This document shows, one piece after another, positions 59,974 to 64,000 of a DNA stretch of 64,000 nt (the stretch's first letter is position 1; the number at the start of each line of letters is the position of its first letter). Source of the stretch: Thalia democratica (Eukaryota); contig OZ241833.1 in assembly GCA_965202585.1 (NCBI GenBank), positions 34,348,001 to 34,412,000 of the forward strand, written 5' to 3'. A program made the position numbers and the translations under genes. The notes beneath the pieces were generated by a model. The model did no database searches. It was given only the letters and a program-made list of their open reading frames with translations, and had not been told where the DNA came from.

Positions 59974-61230
59974 ATGCAAGTGCGCCACCACCTGGCCAGA
60001 AAGCTCCTGTACCACCGGCAGATCGACGACTCGCCGGGCACCATAGCAACCGACTTCATCTTCGGCGCCCTCATGCTCCTCTCGTCATTCGTTCTGGCGT
60101 TCCGCGTCGTCAAGCTGAAAAACCGCCGACACAAGAGGCAGCAGAGAGGCTTCAAGTCGGAAAGCGGCGACGAGATGATAAAAGATGACGCTTTTGCCCG
60201 GAAGACGAAATTCGGCGAAGCTGTTGAAACGGGTGCCGTGCTGGTGACTTTTCTCCTGTTCAGTTACGGCCTGATGTTCTTTGTGGGCGGCTTTATCCAC
60301 AACGACGTGCAGAACCTGGACTTGGAAGTTTCAAAAGAGGGGAATTTCTTTCAGGCCACCATGCGCGCTTACGGCGTTGTCTTACCGTACAGAATGCTGT
60401 GGTCCTTCTGCTGCTTCTGGGCCGGGTTGGTCGGCTGCTTCTTCGTCCTCCTTTGCGCTTCGGCTGTGTCGATCAGGAACGAGATCCGCAAGAGCCTCAA
60501 GGAATCAACAAAAAGTTCATTTGAAAGTAAGTCGGAAAAAAAACCCTGTGAAAGCATGTCCGAAGCGACCGAGAACGCGATTGGTTTGCTGACCAAATCA
60601 ATTGCCATAGTCATTTTTCTGGCCACTTTGGGCAGCGAACTTCACAAGATCGTCTCCTTTCACTTTCGCCGGATGAGGAACCAGGAGATCGTGGACCTCC
60701 TGAACTCCGAGGTCACTCCTCCTACAGGGAGTTCCCCAAACTCTACTCTATACTTATCCCAATCTCCCCAACTCAATATCGAGGGCTTCCAGCCGATCGA
60801 CTGGTCCAACATGTGGCCGATGTTCCTGCCCACCATAATGCTGCTAACCGCCAACCTGGTCCATGCGGTTTTGGCGGTCTACCTGCAGATTAGAAACAGC
60901 ATACAACGTTCGGAGGAAAGGCAGGGCGAAATTTTTTCAGGGTTGAACAGGGGCCTGTGGGCGCAGTCGGTCGGGTCCGCCCTTATGTGCCTGGGCGGCG
61001 TTCTGCAGGTTTCCTTGGCGACGCTGACGGACATGTCGGGCCATCACCATGACGACGGTCACCAGGGACTGCCGTGGGCGTTCAACCACAACGCCATCTA
61101 CCACGTTACCACGGGAATCGGGGCGATGGTGCTGGCTTGGGGGCAGTTTATTGCGTTGAAGATCTGCAGAAAAATCCCCCGAGTCGAGGGGATTGGGGAA
61201 GTTAGCAAGGAATTTGTTGTTGAGCTGTGA
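59974..61230 (+). CDS. Intronless 7-TM membrane protein (418 aa), DUF6962/CREST-like putative metal-dependent hydrolase
   Basis: Acceptor ttccaaacag at 59954, then accATG; GC3-rich to the TGA at 61228-61230; seven hydrophobic segments; motifs PGTIATD (start of TM1), GGFIH (end of TM2) and FNHNAIYH (last TM). Family assignment is from recalled motifs, not a search. Confidence 0.85.
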   Translation: MQVRHHLARKLLYHRQIDDSPGTIATDFIFGALMLLSSFVLAFRVVKLKNRRHKRQQRGFKSESGDEMIKDDAFARKTKFGEAVETGAVLVTFLLFSYGLMFFVGGFIHNDVQNLDLEVSKEGNFFQATMRAYGVVLPYRMLWSFCCFWAGLVGCFFVLLCASAVSIRNEIRKSLKESTKSSFESKSEKKPCESMSEATENAIGLLTKSIAIVIFLATLGSELHKIVSFHFRRMRNQEIVDLLNSEVTPPTGSSPNSTLYLSQSPQLNIEGFQPIDWSNMWPMFLPTIMLLTANLVHAVLAVYLQIRNSIQRSEERQGEIFSGLNRGLWAQSVGSALMCLGGVLQVSLATLTDMSGHHHDDGHQGLPWAFNHNAIYHVTTGIGAMVLAWGQFIALKICRKIPRVEGIGEVSKEFVVEL

Positions 61231-62341
61231 ATTTAATAAAACATTGTGTGGTTAAAAAAGTTTCAGAAGTTGTGAAAGCTGGTACTGGGCAGCCTTAGAT
61301 ACATGACAATTCTTTTTGTAATTATACTAAATTCTAACTAGATAAATTCAAAGTAAACGAATTCTTTTTAAAACAAAAAATAAATAAAAATAGAGAGGGC
61401 TTGATTTTTCTGTTTGTTTCAATTAGTTAAAGTTAATATTAGTTTTTAAATCACTGTAATTTTTTTTATGGCGACTAAAAGCTCAAAGTTTTCTGTTGAC
61501 TGTTTGCCAACTGAATTTGAGATTGACAACAGAAAATTTTTAGCCTTTTTTTGTAGGTTAAATAGCTAAAGTTACTTTTAATGCTGTCTTGTTTTTATGT
61601 TTTAATATATTGATTGACTTTACTGTTCATAGCTTTTAAAACAATTTTTACTCTTTAGCCTCAAATTTTAAATTTTTTGTGTCACTGTAAGTATTTTAAA
61701 GATTTTATTTTTGGTGTTACATATTTTTATTGTGTATATTTAAAAGCTTATACAAAATCTGGTTATTTTACTAAATTTAATTTTTTCATTGTGTTTATCA
61801 TATTTTTGTTTTCACTCTTACAAACTTACTTGTTGTGTAAAGCGTAAAATTAAAATGAGAATTTTATTTGAGATAACTCGACAAAGTTTACATATACACT
61901 CGAGTTAGAATTCTTACATCTTTAATTATTAATTTTTTTAATGATAAAGTCATCAATTTTTTTCAATAATACTCTTAAGACAAAACTTTAGTTAAACTAC
62001 AAAATATTTAAAAGTTCTAATACTTTTGTGCTTATAGTATTTCTTAAATCGTGAAAACTAGTGTTCCAATAATAAACATTAGTTTTTACTTTGCTCAAAC
62101 AGAGCCGCAATAATTGAGAATTCTCACAAATTTTAAACTTGCTTCAACCCCATTAAAAAGAATGTTACAGAGCCATCGACTACTTTAAATGACCTTCTTA
62201 AAAAAATCATTACATTATGATGATCTTTAATGTGGTTTAAGTACTGCTCAATTCATATTTTTTAATATTAATTGTGTAAAAGGTATTTACAAAAACGTCC
62301 AGGTAGAAATTTATGTGTTAAGTAACGTTGGTGCATTAAAT

Positions 62342-63069
62342 CAGTGGTCGGCACGGTGTACACTGGTGCACACTAGTGTACATGAAATTTCTTTTAGGGT
62401 GCACGAGAATTTTCGGGTGCATGAAACTTATTTTGGGGTACATGATTTTTTTTTGCGCAAAAAACTAAATTAAAGTTTTTTTTTAATCTTTCTAATTTAA
62501 GACAAATTCAACCTTGATATTTAATTGACCATTTTGTTGTTAATAAAACGATCATTTTTAAACCCTCCTAGTTCTATTCTGTTACATTATGTAAAAATTC
62601 TTCCACCCTTAGCCGCCTAAAGAAAAACCGAAGTGAGCAAATCTCATAGATTCTTAAAACAAAATAAAACGGTTAGTATTCTATTAATGTTTAACTTTAT
62701 TAACTCTTATTGTTTAAAAGTGTTTTGCTACATTAAAAATCACTATATTAATCAGCTTAATCAACTGATATTTGACAAAAAATTAGTTAGGTCAAAAAAA
62801 CTCAATTATGTTTTATTTATAATAAAACTAAAATATAGGAAGGGTCAATAACATCAGGGCTGTCACATACTTAGGTCTTTAAGAATAATTAAGTCTAGTT
62901 ATGGTGTAAAACTTAACGAGGTGTTACCGAATTTTTAGTAAAAAAAAACGATAAGTAGTGTTTACATATTCTTAAACACTAACGGCGCTAAATAATGCAA
63001 ATTAGGGTGAACAGAATTTTAGATTTGTGATTTAGGGTTCACGGATTCGAAGTAGCGTGCCGACCACTG
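62342..63069. mobile_element. Non-autonomous hAT element, intact ends
   Basis: Perfect 14-bp TIR CAGTGGTCGGCACG/CGTGCCGACCACTG; perfect 8-bp TSD CATTAAAT (62334-62341, 63070-63077); GGGTGCAC-like subterminal repeats. Confidence 0.95.
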
Positions 63070-64000
63070 CATTAAATGATGATAACTACAATTTACAAAT
63101 TTTTAAAATTGTTTAAGTTAATAATCAAAAGCTATTAGTTTTTTCACAAAAATAATTACAAAAACAGTTACAAAGCAAAATAAAAAGGCGGCTACATCGT
63201 CGTTGCATCAATTATTTTTCAAGTAAACAAAGATTATTTCAGAGCTAGTTTACACTTTAGGTTTTTATTTGCTATATTAGACATTGTAATCAAGGCAATC
63301 TCTGGCACGATTTTTCTGATTATGCGAGAATGACTGTGTCCAAAAACCATTTTAAAGTAAAAATACGCTCAGTATACGCCTTGTTGTTTTAAAAAGTACA
63401 TAAAGCTCAATTTTTATATAAACTCTTTGTTATATATTTTTGAAACAAATTCTTAGTAATGTGTTTATAAATGACAGATTGTAGTTTTCCGTTACACAGA
63501 AAACCGTAAAAACCATTTGGAAGACTGTAGTAGCTGTGTACTTTCTATCTAAAAAATTTTTAGTTTAATAATTTCAAACAAATCTGCACGAAAAACCTCC
63601 GTCATACATAAAAATATTAAAGCCCAAGTTTTTATGTCAATAAAAATTTATTATTGATCGCTTAACAGATTACTTTAACTATGACCAATTACTCTTAATC
63701 TCTATACTTTATGTTTGTAAAAAGAGGCTAGTTCAAACCATGAAATGTAAGGGTTAATGCAAATTTTAAATTTAGACTGAGTTTTGGCTACATACTTCTC
63801 TTGAAAAAATATTCTAAGAATAAAGGTACATAGAAGACTTACTGAAACAAAACAAATAGAAAAGTTAATAAAAAAACAAAGTTTTAAATGTCTACTGAAT
63901 TTAAGTTTGAATTGTTGTTTACTAGATAAAAACTCTACTTGTCTGTTTACTTCAGAGTATAATTTATTTAAGGTTTATTTTTTTATTTTTTAATAAAAAT

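Noticed and set aside
1-64000. tRNA, rRNA, snRNA or spliced-leader RNA genes
   Set aside because: No cloverleaf, box A/B or known RNA motifs recognised by eye; a tRNAscan/Rfam run would be needed to exclude them fully.

Overview
AT-rich animal (invertebrate-type) genomic DNA with canonical GT-AG introns, GC3-rich exons and many decayed DNA-transposon insertions; the species cannot be named from sequence alone. Four protein-coding loci are supported. (1) A RING-finger/coiled-coil gene with no intron in its ORF (minus, 6293-6895). (2) A six-exon FoxH-class forkhead gene (plus, 22366-28413, ~461 aa). (3) A giant minus-strand gene (51067-29780). All the large minus-strand ORFs and several exons missed by the ORF track splice in frame into one 20-exon, ~4,330-codon type I membrane protein: signal peptide, 11 CUB domains, poly-Thr and Tyr/Gly/Ser/Asn-rich inserts, a possibly SEA-like juxtamembrane module, a Cys-rich TM segment, and a ~2,600-aa cytoplasmic tail made of several unrecognised repeat families. 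(4) An intronless 7-TM protein (plus, 59974-61230) whose motifs resemble the mainly bacterial DUF6962/CREST-like hydrolases, a horizontal-transfer candidate. hAT, Tc1/mariner-type and Mutator-type non-autonomous elements with TIRs/TSDs are visible. No rRNA, tRNA or CRISPR array was found. Exon models were built by hand from splice signals and phase matching and need RNA-seq confirmation.
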